Of a stretch of 64,000 bases of DNA, positions 12,048-25,427 are shown piece after piece. A program made the translations under genes and the position numbers. The DNA lies in contig JBNJNM010000008.1 in NCBI GenBank assembly GCA_052426225.1, positions 1,736,001 to 1,800,000 on the forward strand. The letters are read 5' to 3'. Under the pieces are notes generated by a model. That model was not told the origin of the DNA, did no database searches, and saw only the letters and a program-made list of their open reading frames with translations. Numbering within the stretch: position 1 is the first letter of the stretch; the number at the start of each line of letters is the position of its first letter. The DNA comes from Zancudomyces culisetae HAW-14-8 (taxonomy: Eukaryota; Fungi; Kickxellomycota).

Positions 12048-15000
12048 CTTCTCTTTTGTTTTTTCTTTTGCACTTGTTTGAACAAATCAAGTTGTGTTGG
12101 TTGTAGTTATTATAGTATTTGTATCTTAGACTGTAGCTCTAGCTGTAGTCGTAGTTTTATATATAAACGTGTATGTGGATATGGAATATTGATATGTAAG
12201 TATATGCGTGCTTTAAGCGTAGTTGGATGCCTCAGGTTATTTATTGGAAATTATGCTTATGTGCTGAACCCTTGTTGCTCAAGATTAATTTATCCTTTAT
12301 TGCTGGAACAAGTACCTCCACTTCGGTTTTCGGAATAATGTTAGAGCCCCTTAATCAGCGTGTAAGCTACAGTACGTAACCAGTTTGTATTCAAGAGCAG
12401 TTAGACGGCCGTAAAAGTCAGTATAGTATCAATTTTTCATTCGTGATATCCAAATGCGATGTTTAATTCAAATTATACACCCTTCTTTTTATTTTCTTTG
12501 TAAAGAGAGAATCCCTAAAGGTGTTCAACAGGAATTTATAGTCAAATCAGTTAATTGATACCTGTATACGGAGTAACTATTCTTTCGTATTGACAGAGAT
12601 AGAGAGAGGCAGGAAGAGAGGGCCTTGTTACTCTGAGAATTATTCTAATACTATTATACAATGTGCTAATGAAGCTTTTCTTGATGCGTTAGAATATGAT
12701 TTTTTTTTGGTATTTTTCTGTTAAGCTATCTTTTGAATAACGCTGATTTGAAGATAACGATACTAATTCTGCTTATAAGTACGGATAGAAAAGTAAAACT
12801 TGAAAATAAATTATTAATTTCACAGTCCTGATTAATTTATTATATATATATGTTTTTTTCATACCGCTTAAAACCACCATGTATCATTTCTTTTATTTAC
12901 ATACGCACTATACCTACACTATTATAATCAAGATTTCAATGTATACTACTACGAAAATTTTTTTGCCATAGATTTGTTGAATCACTGTTAAATCTAAAAC
13001 ACCCAAACACACCATATACTGTTGAAATGAACGGCTTGTAGTCTAGAAAAAGAAATGGAATCGAAGGGTATCCAAAGCAGTTGATTAATCCCCTTCCCTC
13101 TTAGTAACACACGCCTCTATCCTCTCCCACCTTGCCAACTCAAACTTGCTGTGTCATCAAGTCATTTAGCTAATTTTTTTTATCCGACATTAACCCACCA
13201 CTGAGGTTTGTAAAAAAAAAAGGTGTCTATCACTTTTCAGGGCCTTTTTTTTTGCCCTATAGTGAATCGGCAGAAGTTGCACTATGGTGAGGTTTAAATT
13301 CATTTTTTTTTCCATTTTAATGATTTACACTTAACAATCTGCAATATGAAGTTCTCGTTCTTTTTTAGGCCACCTCTAATATTAATTCGCCATATTTTAC
13401 CCTAGAAGCCAATTTGCCATTGCCAAATTCCTGAAAAATAATACCAATCGCTAATTCATTTTATTAATTGCGAGTAATTTACAAAAAAAAGGGTGCTAAG
13501 CACATTAGTGGTAATACACATACTCATACCTTTTTTTATCATGGGTATTTGAACGGTTTTAAACTTATTCAATGAATTCTACTGTTTTTCTTTTTTAAGT
13601 GCTATTAACTTGGAGTGTTTCAGGGATTTTTTTTTTGAAAGACCGATCTATTTCTAAACACTGATGCATACAGCCTCATTTAATAAACAGAACTTTCTAC
13701 AAAAAACATGTCAATTCCAGCAAGGATATTACATAAAAAAAAAACTTGACCGCACAACATTCTAGTTCTAACATGTTTAATTATTACGGATGCTTGTTCT
13801 TTTTCAGACCTTGGTGAAAGGATGTGGTGTAGTACAAATATAATGTCTTGAGTAACAATCATGATAGCTTCAGGGCAATTTTAACCGCACCATTTCCTTT
13901 TCTTACTTGTAGTAAATTGAGGTTATGAAATGCGGATATATTTTAGGTTGGAAAAATGACGCATATAACCAATTAATAAAATATCAAAATTTGTAGAAAC
14001 CCTCCTGAAAATGCCTTATAGGTCATGTAAGTAGAAGTGTCCCTACCCGACCCTAAATGAAAGGCATAATATTTTATTACATATGCAACAGAAAGCAAGG
14101 AAGGGTGGACAGTGTTCCATAAACAAACAAACAAACTTACAAACAGGAAAGAATAAACCTCCCATGTAATTCGCTGTTGAAACAAAGCTGCACCAAAAAA
14201 AAAAAGGGCGAGGTTTCTCAAAAACTTGTGCGCTTCTAGCCACTGGATATCGCACTGTCAAGCTGATACCATACGTTATGCTCTTTGAAATTTAAAAAAA
14301 AAATTTTTTTGGTGATGATGTGTTTGATATGATTTCCCATGTTATTAATAACTCGTATATTCCAGTGGAAAAGTTGAGAAGAATGGAGTATATGAGTGGT
14401 AATGGCTCAAATTTTCAAAATTTGAAGTTGGCGATTACTTATAAGTTCGATTAGTAGTATATGTCATTATATATTCTATTGATCTACATCTTTCAGTCGT
14501 TTTACCCATTGCCAAATCGCCTTTATTCTTTGCGAGGTTAGAACAAAACCTCCTTCCCCTTGCCCTCCCCCCCCAACACTTTCCTTTGGATCTACAAGAA
14601 AGGTGCATTGTTCCTTTTAAAGATTAACTTTTGATTGTACTATTCAAAATCTCAAGAACACCTTTCTTAATTATTTTTATTCTTCTGATTTTGGCTTATA
14701 GTCGGCCCAAAAAATTTCGGAAAAAACAAAGTGTATAGATTTACCATGTTCTGCAATTTTGAGATTTGCAGTAAATACATATACATATCGTTATAAACGA
14801 AGTACGTTTGAAGTAATGGATAGTGATTGCAATAAATTTATACTTCATACGGCCGAATTCATATGAAGCTTTGTAAATCACTACATTAACACTCCGAAGA
14901 GAAAGTCAGATACAAGTATATGTATACCCCTGTGTGCACGATATGCACTTGCTCCATCAGATTCTCCTCCTCAGTTTGGAGATGTATCAGCGAATACTCT

Positions 15001-17013
15001 AGCAATTCTGACTTTCAGGTAAAAGCAAATTAGCCGAATTATGGCATACTCAACTGGGATTTGTTGAGAAAGTATCAATTTGATTAAGCGCTTAATTTTT
15101 TTGTTTTTTACTTGTAAAAATAAATAAATGAATCCATCTGTTAGAGTATATAAAAGAGTTGGAGTTATAAGGGTCTCAAATTGCAACTCATTTACAATGG
15201 GCTGTATTTAACCAAGCTAGTTCAGGCCCATTCTAGCAATGAAGATCCTTCCAAAAACGTAAAATAATAAATGTTTGTAACCATTTGCGCATAGAATTTT
15301 TCATTTAAATATGTTTTAGTAGCCTATGAAATCATATCTTAGTGATACAGTAACATAATTTTGTACTTTAATCAGGGATCGCCGCTCAACTAATTCAATA
15401 AGGAGTGAGGCAATTACTAAAGATAGCTATTTTTGCTTCAAATGTGGAAGATTGATGCAACATCTGTGTTTCTCATCAGTATTTTATTAGAAAAGTGAAA
15501 TTAGCAGAATTTGTCCTAACTGCCTCTTACAATTGCCCCACATTTAAGGTATGTTGTTATTACATGTAGACTGCAAATTGCAATAAAGGAATAAAATTTA
15601 ATATAATTGAGGATTGACTCTTTTATGCCCCTACTTCCTTTTTGGTAAGAAAATCACAATGGGAAAAAGAAAAGTACGTCTTTTAAAGTGCAAAAGTGTG
15701 AGTAAATAATGTGAATGTATGAAGTTGTGAGTGTATGGAAGTATGAAAAATAATGAACTAGTGGGAAAATTGAGAAAGTAGCGCCTTAATCTTCTGTGGA
15801 GGATTAAAACTCAACAAAGAACAGATAAAGGGTTGTTGAGCTCGCACCTACAAAAGCATACTGGTTATCATGCTCGATGCAATAGTGTGCAGTTGTAAGT
15901 TCAATCTCTTTTTTGAAAAGCTACTTGAGATAAACCACAGCAGTTAGTATCGTATTTATTTTGTTCTGAAGACTGCAAGTTATCACTTATTATCCATATT
16001 AAATCAAGCAAGTAGTAGCACGCTAAGACTCTCTGCAATCACTATTGAGTGTTATTTTATAGAGTACATTCATTTTTATTTAAGCAAAGTATAGATATAG
16101 AGTTGATTGGTTAATGCATTGTGCCGAATCCACTCGTTAAACATACTATGTCGATATCAAAACTACCCTGCCTAAATTTGAGTTCGTTTGGCTATATTAG
16201 TAAATAGGCTAAAGTGTCACTTGTGTATACTGTTCGATTACAACTAGAATTACTAACAAATTACATAATATTAGAACCAAAATTAGACATCACCTTCTCT
16301 TCTAACTCTATTTTGATAGAACCAAAGTTCATTAACCTTCATAACAGGTTAAGGTGTTTGAAATTAAGCATGGAAAATCGTGGTTTCTAACAACAAAAAA
16401 GATGTATGAAGGTGTAATTTGCTGTAGTATCGTATGGTATGTTATGTGGTATGGTATGGTAATGAGCGTATTGAAAAGAAGTTGAAAACAACGGAAGGGA
16501 TCAGGATAAATCAATTACTTCCTCAAGTACCAGGTTCAGCTTGATGATTTTGTGTTCTTTATTCGGGTGTTATTCCAATTTTTCTCGGTCAAGTTATCCC
16601 ACAGGTTTTTCTTAAACCTGAAATTAATTCGGGTCAATTGATTTGGACACTATTAGCTGTTAATTTAATTTTTAATCTCCCAGGCAATTATATTGCACCA
16701 TTTTGCTAATAGCAACATTAATAATGCAGCGTTTGGTAGTGAGTAATCATCAATCTTTTAGTGCAAAAAACCAGGATATACTCTGAATTATTTGTAATAA
16801 GCACCAGTTACGCAACCAACCAAAAAACCTTGTGGTCTCTGTCTACACAAAGCATAAATCCAGCATATTTGATAACCAGATACTGTGTATTGATATAAAA
16901 TTCACTTGGTTTACACTTCTTCCAGGAATAAAAGGAAAAAAACACTAATATTAAAACAAGTTGAATCAAGTATATTGAGAATATGTATTATTTATAGTAA
17001 AACCATTTGGGTA

Positions 17014-18510
17014 TCATCTTCTATCAATCTCAGAAATTGGAAGGGTTTTCCAGAGTCCAAACAAATAATTAAGACGAAGAGCCAAAAGATCAAGAGCCAT
17101 CTGGATACTGTCTCTAACTAATGACATCCTGCTACCTTGTACCTCGTGCCAATTGACCGGAACCTGGATGATGGGAAAGCGGTAATGCTGGGCCAATAGC
17201 AACACTTCAATGTCAAAAATAAACCTTTCAATATGAAGCTGTGAAAAAATAGTTTTTGCAGCTGTTCTATTAAATAGTTTGAATCCACATTGGGTGTCGT
17301 CAATTCCACGTACACCCAATATATTTACGTATAGCTTAAACCCAGATTGCAGCAGCTTTCTAACAAAGCTCCTCTAATGAAAATAATATAAATAACCAAC
17401 TTTGTTGTTAAAATGGTATTTAAGCATATCACACAAAACATGTTGAAATTTCCATATCAATCGGTCCATACAAGGTGAATTGAAATAAAGAGAAGAGCAT
17501 ATTACCTGTACAACAATGGTGGTGCTGTCTACTATTGGTCGCGTACCAATTGCAACAACACCAGAAGACTTATCCACATTTTCAGAAGTTATTCTATCGA
17601 GCAAGTTATCGATGTCCTTAAACCGGGTCGCGCCATCAGCATCGCAGAATAAAACATATTCGCCGGAGCAAGACAGAATTCCCTAATAGATATTCAAGCT
17701 GTTACTAAATTGTACTAACTATGAGTGCAAGACCAAACAGCCATAGTTTAATGGATGAAAATTATCATACCTGTGTGACAGAGCCACCTTTTCCTCTATT
17801 TATTTCCATCACAATAACTTTGAGATTAAGATTGTGCTTTCTCCCGAACTCAAGCGCAATTTCAGTAGTCTTGTCTGAAGAACAGTCGTTGACCAAAATA
17901 ATCTCATAGGTAAAGGGAGTACGTGGTGATTCTTTAGACTTTCCATGATTTTTTTCATTTGGTTTAGGGTTTTCTCTGTTTTTGAGATAGTTGTAAATGT
18001 CGTTCAATAAAACAGGCAGGCGTTCTTGTTCGTTGTAGGCAGGTATAATTATAGAAAGAAAGACAGAAGGCTTGTTAAATATTGAATCAACCTTTTTCTT
18101 TTCTTTTGTCGTTGAGCTTTGATAATAGGTTTCAGCCTCCGTTCTTTGTCTTGGCTTTGGAGTTTTAAAATGGAGTAGTGAAACCTATTCAAATAAAAGA
18201 TAGATAATTAAGAATATGATTAAATAGCAATAAACCAAGAAAGTTTATAGCACATACTTCACTTCCACACGCTTTATTTTTTTTTGGTGCCTTTTATTTC
18301 AATTTAGTTTGAATTGTTCACGAAGAATGAAATTACAAATTGCAATAAAGATAAAAATAAAAATAAAAACAAAAATATTTGGAATGGATGTTTGTGGATT
18401 TAAACTTGGTTATGTTGATATATCTATAAAGTGCTAATACTTACCAGGAATGAGATCACCACAAAGAACACAGAGGCTAAATATTGAATAACACAATTTA
18501 GACAGACCAT
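17014..18510 (-). CDS. ALG5: Dolichyl-phosphate beta-glucosyltransferase (GT2), ~338 aa, 4 exons
   Basis: Exons 18510-18445, 18184-17771, 17682-17506, 17373-17014; all introns GT-AG, 1017 nt in frame. N-terminal TM segment, LSIIIPAYNEQERL, YEIILVNDCSSDKT, NRGKGGSV, LFCDADGAT, DTQCGFKLF, FDIEVL, VPVNWHEVQGS. Confidence 0.95.
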
Positions 18511-19709
18511 CGGGCTTAGCTTTGAAGTATTTTTTCCTGGATATCTCTATGTTATACCACCTTTAGTGTTTTTGCTTCTATACTATAACTGTTGATCTAC
18601 GGAAATGAGATACAAAAATCAAAGGTCGCAATTCTCAGTAAACTAAATTGGAGTATTTCTAAAGCGTAATAGTAATATAAAAAAAAAGTAAATGGAACAA
18701 AGTTCGGAGTAAATAATTTTCTAATGGTTGCTATTTCTAGACATGATCAGATTTTGTGTTTTTCAGATATTTTGAATCTACAAAAAGTAGCCAATAAAAA
18801 ACAAAGTTTCTTGTTTCATTATTTTAAATTGCATATTACTCAACTTTTTATTTGCAGCTTCAAGCCGAAAAAAAAGAAACAGATATTAATAACATGTGGG
18901 TTATAGAGAGAAATATAACACGTTATAGGATGGGTTGGTTAGTTGAGTACCACGAAAATTTGTGTAATAACAAGAAAGTGCACTAGAGAGATGAAATCGT
19001 TCACAATTTTTTTTTTTCAATATGCATCAACTTGTAATTTTGACATTAAATCAGAAAATAAGCTATCTGGGTAACAAAGCGATTAGATATAACGTATAAG
19101 GAGTTGGTACATGTGTAATTTTTTGTCAATTTTCTTTATAAAAAAAAAGTGGTTGCACTGGCAAAAGCCTAGCCAGAATAATAACTATTCGTGCGAGTGA
19201 AGAGAGAAACTAGTTCTTGTTTCAATATGCAAACAATGATCAAGCAACATCCTATAATTGGAAGGGGGAGGGGGAGGGGGAAGTAGTGTGAAAATAAATC
19301 AAAAGTTAAACCTTTTGACCTGCAAGTTAGGCAAGTGGTGTAAATGAAAGTGAAAGAGTGGTATAAACTATTACCACTTATGATCTTTAGGATACAAGGT
19401 GTCAGTACCATGCTTTTTTATTAAAAAAATTTACCCATCAATCATCAAATTATAACAGAATTGTGTACACAGTATATACATGAATTTGGATGCTAAGTAC
19501 AATTAATTCCATCCTCTTCACCTTGCCCCCCCCAACCCCTTCTAAAGAACCGTATTTTAAAGTGAGAATACACATGGCCATAAAAATTGGCAGAGTATTA
19601 TGATAATACTAAAGCAGTAGAACAGAACAAGAACGCTGAGTAACAAGAAACAAAAATTTATAATTAAAATATATTTTCAGTTGAAGAAATATAAAATAAA
19701 AATAAAAAA

Positions 19710-21767
19710 TTATAAAAGCATAGACATAGGATTCTCAATATAGGATTTCAAAGCAGAAAGGAATTGAGCACCAGTGGCACCGTCAACAACACGGTGATCG
19801 GCACTCAAGGTAAAGGTAAGAGAGTTGATAACGGAGAAGCCCTTTTCTGAAGTTGAATCAGGAACAAGCTTGGGCTCAACAGTGCCAACAGCCAAAATCG
19901 CAGAGTGGGGTGGGTTGATGATGGCAGAGAAGGAGGTGATATGATACATTCCTAGATTGGAAATGGCAAAGGAACCGCCTTGGTACTCGTGAGGCATAAG
20001 TTTGTTCTCTTTTGCGCGAGCAGCCAAGCTTTTGATTTCCGAAGAAATTGTCTCAAGGCCTTTTGTGTCGACAGAGGTGACAATTGGTGTGATAAGACCA
20101 GTTGGTGTTGAAGTAGCAATGGCAATGTCTGCGTGGTGGTATTGACGGATGTATTCATCATTCCAGCTGCTATTGACAGCAGGAACAGCTCGTAGTGCGC
20201 ATGCTGCTGCCTTGACAATCAAGTCATTGACGGTAAGCTTGAATTTGCCGTTAGCAGAGGCGTTAAGGTCAGCTCTGAGCTTCAAGATTGCGTCAAAGTT
20301 GACGTTGCTGGTAAGGTAGTAGTGAGGTGTTGTGGTCTTGGCCTCAGTAAGTCGTTTGGCTATTACTTTGCGCATGTTTGAATTTGGAATATCGGTGTAA
20401 GCCGCTTGAACCGGTGTTGGTGTTGGTGTTTGTGCTGGTGCTGCCTTTTTCTGTGGTGCTGCCTTCTCTTCTGTAGCTTGTGGCTTTTGTTCTTGTCCTA
20501 TTTATTCATTTGTGAGTTTATGTTAATATCTTCTATATCCCTTTTATACTAAGTATAAATATAAGATGTAATAATAAGAGAAACAGTACTTGTTGCCAAG
20601 AAACGGTTAACGTCTTCTTTGAGAATTCTTCCCTTTGGTCCTGTTCCCTTAATAGTTTCCAATGGAATGTTGTGCTCCTTTGACAGCATTCTAGCTACAG
20701 GGCTGGCAAATATTCTATCTGTCTTTGTAACACTTTGTGCAATGGTTTGAGCACTCTCTGTTTGTTGTGTTGGCTGTTCGGTCTCCACCTCCACCTCTAC
20801 CTGTGGTTCCTTTGGTGTTTCTGCTTTGGTTTCTGCTTTGGCTTCTGCTGCATCAAGTGAAAAATCTTCAAATGCTGCTATACTAGCCTCATCTTCAACC
20901 ATAATTGCTATTGGCTATTTTGTTATTATTATTGTTATAAATTACTTGCTCAAATATGTTCAAATACGCATGTATACACACACACACACACCAAAAAAAC
21001 AGTACCTTTTCAATAGGGACGTCTTTGGATCCTTCTTCAACCAAAATCTTTGCCAAATATCCGTAATCCTGATATTCAAAATCCATTTGTGCCTTATCTG
21101 TCTCTATCTGTACCAACACATCCCCTGGCTCTATTTTGTCTCCTACTTTCTTTGACCAGGCACCAATGTTTCCCATTTCCATGGTTGGTGACAATGCTGG
21201 CATTCCAACCACCAAATGGTCCGGGTATTCTATTCAAATTTGCAGCCAAGCTACCCGTTATTCATCTAATCAACACAAAGCAAAAAAAAAAAGATGCTAC
21301 AATATGTGTATTACTATTTCTGATGTCATAATTCGTTTACGTACTTTTACTTGAATAAGTTCTATAAATTGTATCTTTTCTGGAGAGGAAAAGTGAGCTT
21401 TTTGTATTTACAAGTCCCATTCGACCAGTATCGATAACTCTGCTACTATTTGATGTTATATTTTCGTGAAATAAAGGCATCGTGGGTAAGTAATATTCAT
21501 ACAACTTTACAAGAATATTTCCAACAAACGTTGAAAAAAAAAGGACGTCTTATTGCGTTTTCGCAAATATAACATGAAAAAATATGTGAAAAAAAGGTGA
21601 AAAACAGGCTGTTCAAAAGTGTGGACAAGCAAAATGCAAATTTCAGCCTCTTACCTGCAGATGCTGTATGGTCTTGACGAGGCAAAGGCATTTTTACCAC
21701 TAACAATCGCCTTTGGGACAAGGTTTGCTCTTTTAGTTATCGTTCTTGAGATGTTCCTAGACAACAT
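19710..21767 (-). CDS. LAT1: Pyruvate dehydrogenase E2, dihydrolipoamide acetyltransferase, mitochondrial (~516 aa, 5 exons)
   Basis: Exons 21767-21655, 21445-21345, 21229-21006, 20914-20590, 20497-19710 (1551 nt). Arg/Ser-rich presequence, lipoyl domain MPALSPTM...IETDKA, subunit-binding domain ASPVAR...GTGPKGRI, catalytic domain with DHRVVDGA. Confidence 0.96.
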
Positions 21768-23112
21768 TTTCGATTGAATTTGATTCCTAGTATATTTTCA
21801 ATTTGGTGTATTAGATGAAAAAACGGCAATTAAATATTTAAAGAATTTAGAAAATCAAAGCAAAAAAAAAAAATATCACAAAAATTTTTCTGCTTTTGTT
21901 TTTTAAATGGGCGAAATTGAAATTTAATATTCTTTTATTCAACTCCACGCCTTTCTGTCAACATGTAATATAATCAGTAAACTTGACTAAAAATGGGATG
22001 CTAAAATATAAAAAAAAAGGCGAACACAAAAAAAAAATTGCCATCCAAAATTTTTTTCGTTTTCGCTATTTTGCATGCAATCATGTACCTGTTCAATCTA
22101 GAATCTTACAGCTTATTCGACAATATTCTTTTGCGCTTTTCTTTCCACTTATTTCGATCCAATATACGCCGCTTTTGATTTCCACTTGCAAACTGTAAAA
22201 TCGATAAAGAGGAAAATATATATTTGTAATTGTAAAAGTCGGATGGCTAATAGCAAGTAAAGAAAAATAAACAGACCTGATAGCAATCCACAATTTGCTC
22301 GGCAACATTTATTAAGGTTGTAATATCTCTTATGCTATTAAACATCTAAAGAGCCAACTCACTATGTTCTGCCAATAAAACAAAATAAATAATAACGTAA
22401 CGAGCTGGTCCATATACCAATACAAACATTACGTTTTGTAGTGTTATTAGTATTCCATTTTCATCCTGACCTGATGTCAACCAAATACCAATGAGAAGGT
22501 AATATGTTATCTCGGTGATGCAAGATAAATCACACATCGAGTTCTAGAATGCATTATGTTAGTGTAGTTTGTGAACTGGTGGGTAGAAATCAGTATTTTT
22601 TTAAGAGAAAAGAAAAGACAAGACAAGACAAGACAAGACAAGAGAAGAGAAGGGAAAACAAACCAAGTACATGCAAAAGTTTATACACATTTTATCTAGA
22701 TTTTTGAATATTTCGGTTTCCCACCTCTCGTTTCTGTAATATTGCATTCCACATTTAATCGGGTAAAATTACCTAAACCGATTTTACTTTGATTTTAACG
22801 CTAAATTCTCGATGTTATGTATCATCTGGTAACTCCGAAAGTAAAAGCATAAAAATGACATTAAAAGCATCAATAAAAACAAAAGGCCATATAATTTCTT
22901 TAAACCAACAAAGTGATAGAAAAGAACACTGGCTATGTACAAGTGTATTCTGTAAGCTCTGCTTTCTTCTCTTTCAAGATTCGGTAAATCTACGCGCACC
23001 AGATAACAGTACATAGTATGAATACGTGATCAGAACCTTTCCCCCCCCCCCTACTGTCTTTTGGCAGTGTAGCAATTGTGCAGAATTTATATATTTTTCG
23101 ATTTTGTAAAAT

Positions 23113-23184
23113 AATACAATAAAATACAATAAAATACAATAAAATACAATAAAATACAATAAAATACTATAAAATAAAATAAAA
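23113..23184. repeat. 10-bp minisatellite (AAAATACAAT)n
   Basis: About five near-perfect units plus degenerate copies in the LAT1/WD40 divergent intergenic region. Confidence 0.9.
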
Positions 23185-23786
23185 CGCATAAGCAAAAATG
23201 TGATATATTACAAAAATAACATTACAGCTCGGTTCTTCACTTATGTATTTATTATTTTCCAATGTATACACGCGGTTTCTCATAGATTTCTTTTAACGCG
23301 GTGCTCCATTGTGTGTATGTGATCTTTGCCGCACGCAGTGCAAAAACAAAAGCGACAGGCTATAAATTTTAGAGGTGTAGTAGCCTATGTAGGCCTTTTT
23401 GGTATCTTGGCATAAAACTCTAACACTTCATGCGTCTCAGATACACCAGGTGATAAATATTGGCAGCGTAGGTGTAGGTATGTTGTCTTCCATCTGTCTT
23501 TACCTACTTGGCAGACAAGTGAGAAAAAAAATTTAGTAAAGAATAATTGAACTGAATTAAACAGATCAAACTTATTTACTTAATCCTGCTTATTAATTTG
23601 TTTTCAGCAAAAAAAAATAGAAAAATAAAAAAAACAAATAAATAAAAATAAAAGTATATATGTACATTCGATAACCACAAATTAAAAGATAGGGTTTAGA
23701 CTCATACAACCTATCGAAATCCCTCCACAACAAAAGGGTGATTAATTGAAAATACCATATACTAGATAAAGCCTTCATAGCAGAAA

Positions 23787-25427
23787 ATGGTTGAAATGGA
23801 AGATGTGTACTGGTTGAAACCTCAGAGAAAGATACAATTTCTTGACCGGATAACGATGGAAAACAATGACTCTAACGAAAACGTATCAGAAATGTTTTAT
23901 AAATCTGTAGAATGGCAAGTGATTCTACTTTAATTTCAATCATAGATTAGTCTTTGATAAATGAGACAAGTACGAGAAGTATGCGTTAAACTGAAACATG
24001 CGAAGCGACAAATGAGAATGAAAATAAAAATGATTTGAATAGGTCTTTTGATGGTTCGCAGCTCATAACTAATTCAGGGGACAACACGATTAGAGTATAT
24101 GACGTTAATCTCAGTCAAGGTACTTAATTCCATTATCTTTACCAGCGTCATCTGCAGCTATTTGATAAACTATCGGCACTTACTGTTGATGGATCTTATA
24201 TATAACAATTAGAGAAGAAATTAAAACTGGCAGCTGAAGTTCCCGTAGGAGAATCAATCACAAGTTTGAAATGGTACCCATATGCCAGTATTTCAGGTTA
24301 GTTTACAACTATGTTTGTATTTCTGCTCTATTTTTCGACCGATCGAATATTGATAATACATGAGTGAAATATTTATTACTCTAGAACCAGCCACTTGTTG
24401 CGCAGTCTAGTCGGTTCGAAATCAACCAATTCTACTGATGGATACGAATACAAAAAAAGTAAGTTCTAAACTCTTGACAAATCACTAGTAGAACTGATAA
24501 TGAAGTATTAACACATCAGCGTGGATAACATCGTACATAGACAAGGGCAGTGTATAAAGGCGTGGACGACAAGGAACAAATACTAAATATAAATTCTCTT
24601 GAATTTGATACTGAAGGGAAAAAACTATATGCAGGGTCGTGGGAAACGATAAGTGTATTTGACGTAATGCGACCCGGAGGGCCGGTTACTACAATCAAGA
24701 CGTCGCCGACCAGAAAAAGTCGTGAGGGCCAAAAGGGAATAATATCATGTATAAAAACACAGAGTAGTGTATACCAGACAGAGAGAATGGATACAAGCGT
24801 AGTGGCAGCGGGTAGCTTTTCTGGAAGCGTGGGGTTGTGGGATATGAAGGGAAATACTCAGATTGATACTTGGAAAATAGGGAGCGGGAACGGAGTCACA
24901 CATGTAACATTTTATTATAATAAATATAATAACATTGGCAGCAATCTATTATAGGATAAAATAATGAGAAACTAAAGTAATAACATAAAAAAAAAAATCT
25001 AAATTTGATGCTAAAATAGATGGAATTTTCACCAGATGGAAACTATCTGTTTGTTGGAAGTCGCAACTCAAACAGAATTGGGTGCTGGGATGTTAGAAAC
25101 ACCAAAGAAGAGATAGCAAGGTACGAAAGGAGCGGCAAAACACAGCAAAGGCTAGGGTTTTGCATTGACAGATGCCAACAGTGGTTGGTTGTTGGTGGCA
25201 AACACGGAATGATAGGATTTCATGACCTCCTTGGCGGTGCGAAGGAAAACAACTCTGTTCAATTCCAAGCACATAGAGATAGTGTAGGCGGAGTAGCGCT
25301 TCACCCAAGCGAGCCAGTTCTAGTTTCGGTCTCAGGAAGCCGCCGTCTATACTTAGACACTGAAGAGGAACCACAATATGATAGCAATCCAGACTGTTCT
25401 ATGATGCTGTGGGATATATCTTGTTAA
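23787..25427 (+). CDS. WRAP53: WD40 protein, WRAP53/TCAB1/Swt21-like (6 exons); carries an in-frame TAG, so possibly a nonsense allele or pseudogene
   Basis: Exons 23787-23914, 24043-24119, 24213-24296, 24385-24458, 24541-24903, 25020-25427 (1134 nt). Family motifs: WSFDGSQLITNSGDNTIRVY, KWYPY, EPATCC..S.RNQPI, RAVY, FDVMRPG, GQKGIISC, GVTHMEFSPDG, WDVR, TQQRLGF, SVSGSR. Confidence 0.8.

Noticed and set aside
24400-24427. TAGTCGGTTCGAAATC resembling tRNA D/T-loop motifs around the in-frame TAG
   Set aside because: No cloverleaf can be formed, and the segment is explained as WD40 coding sequence.
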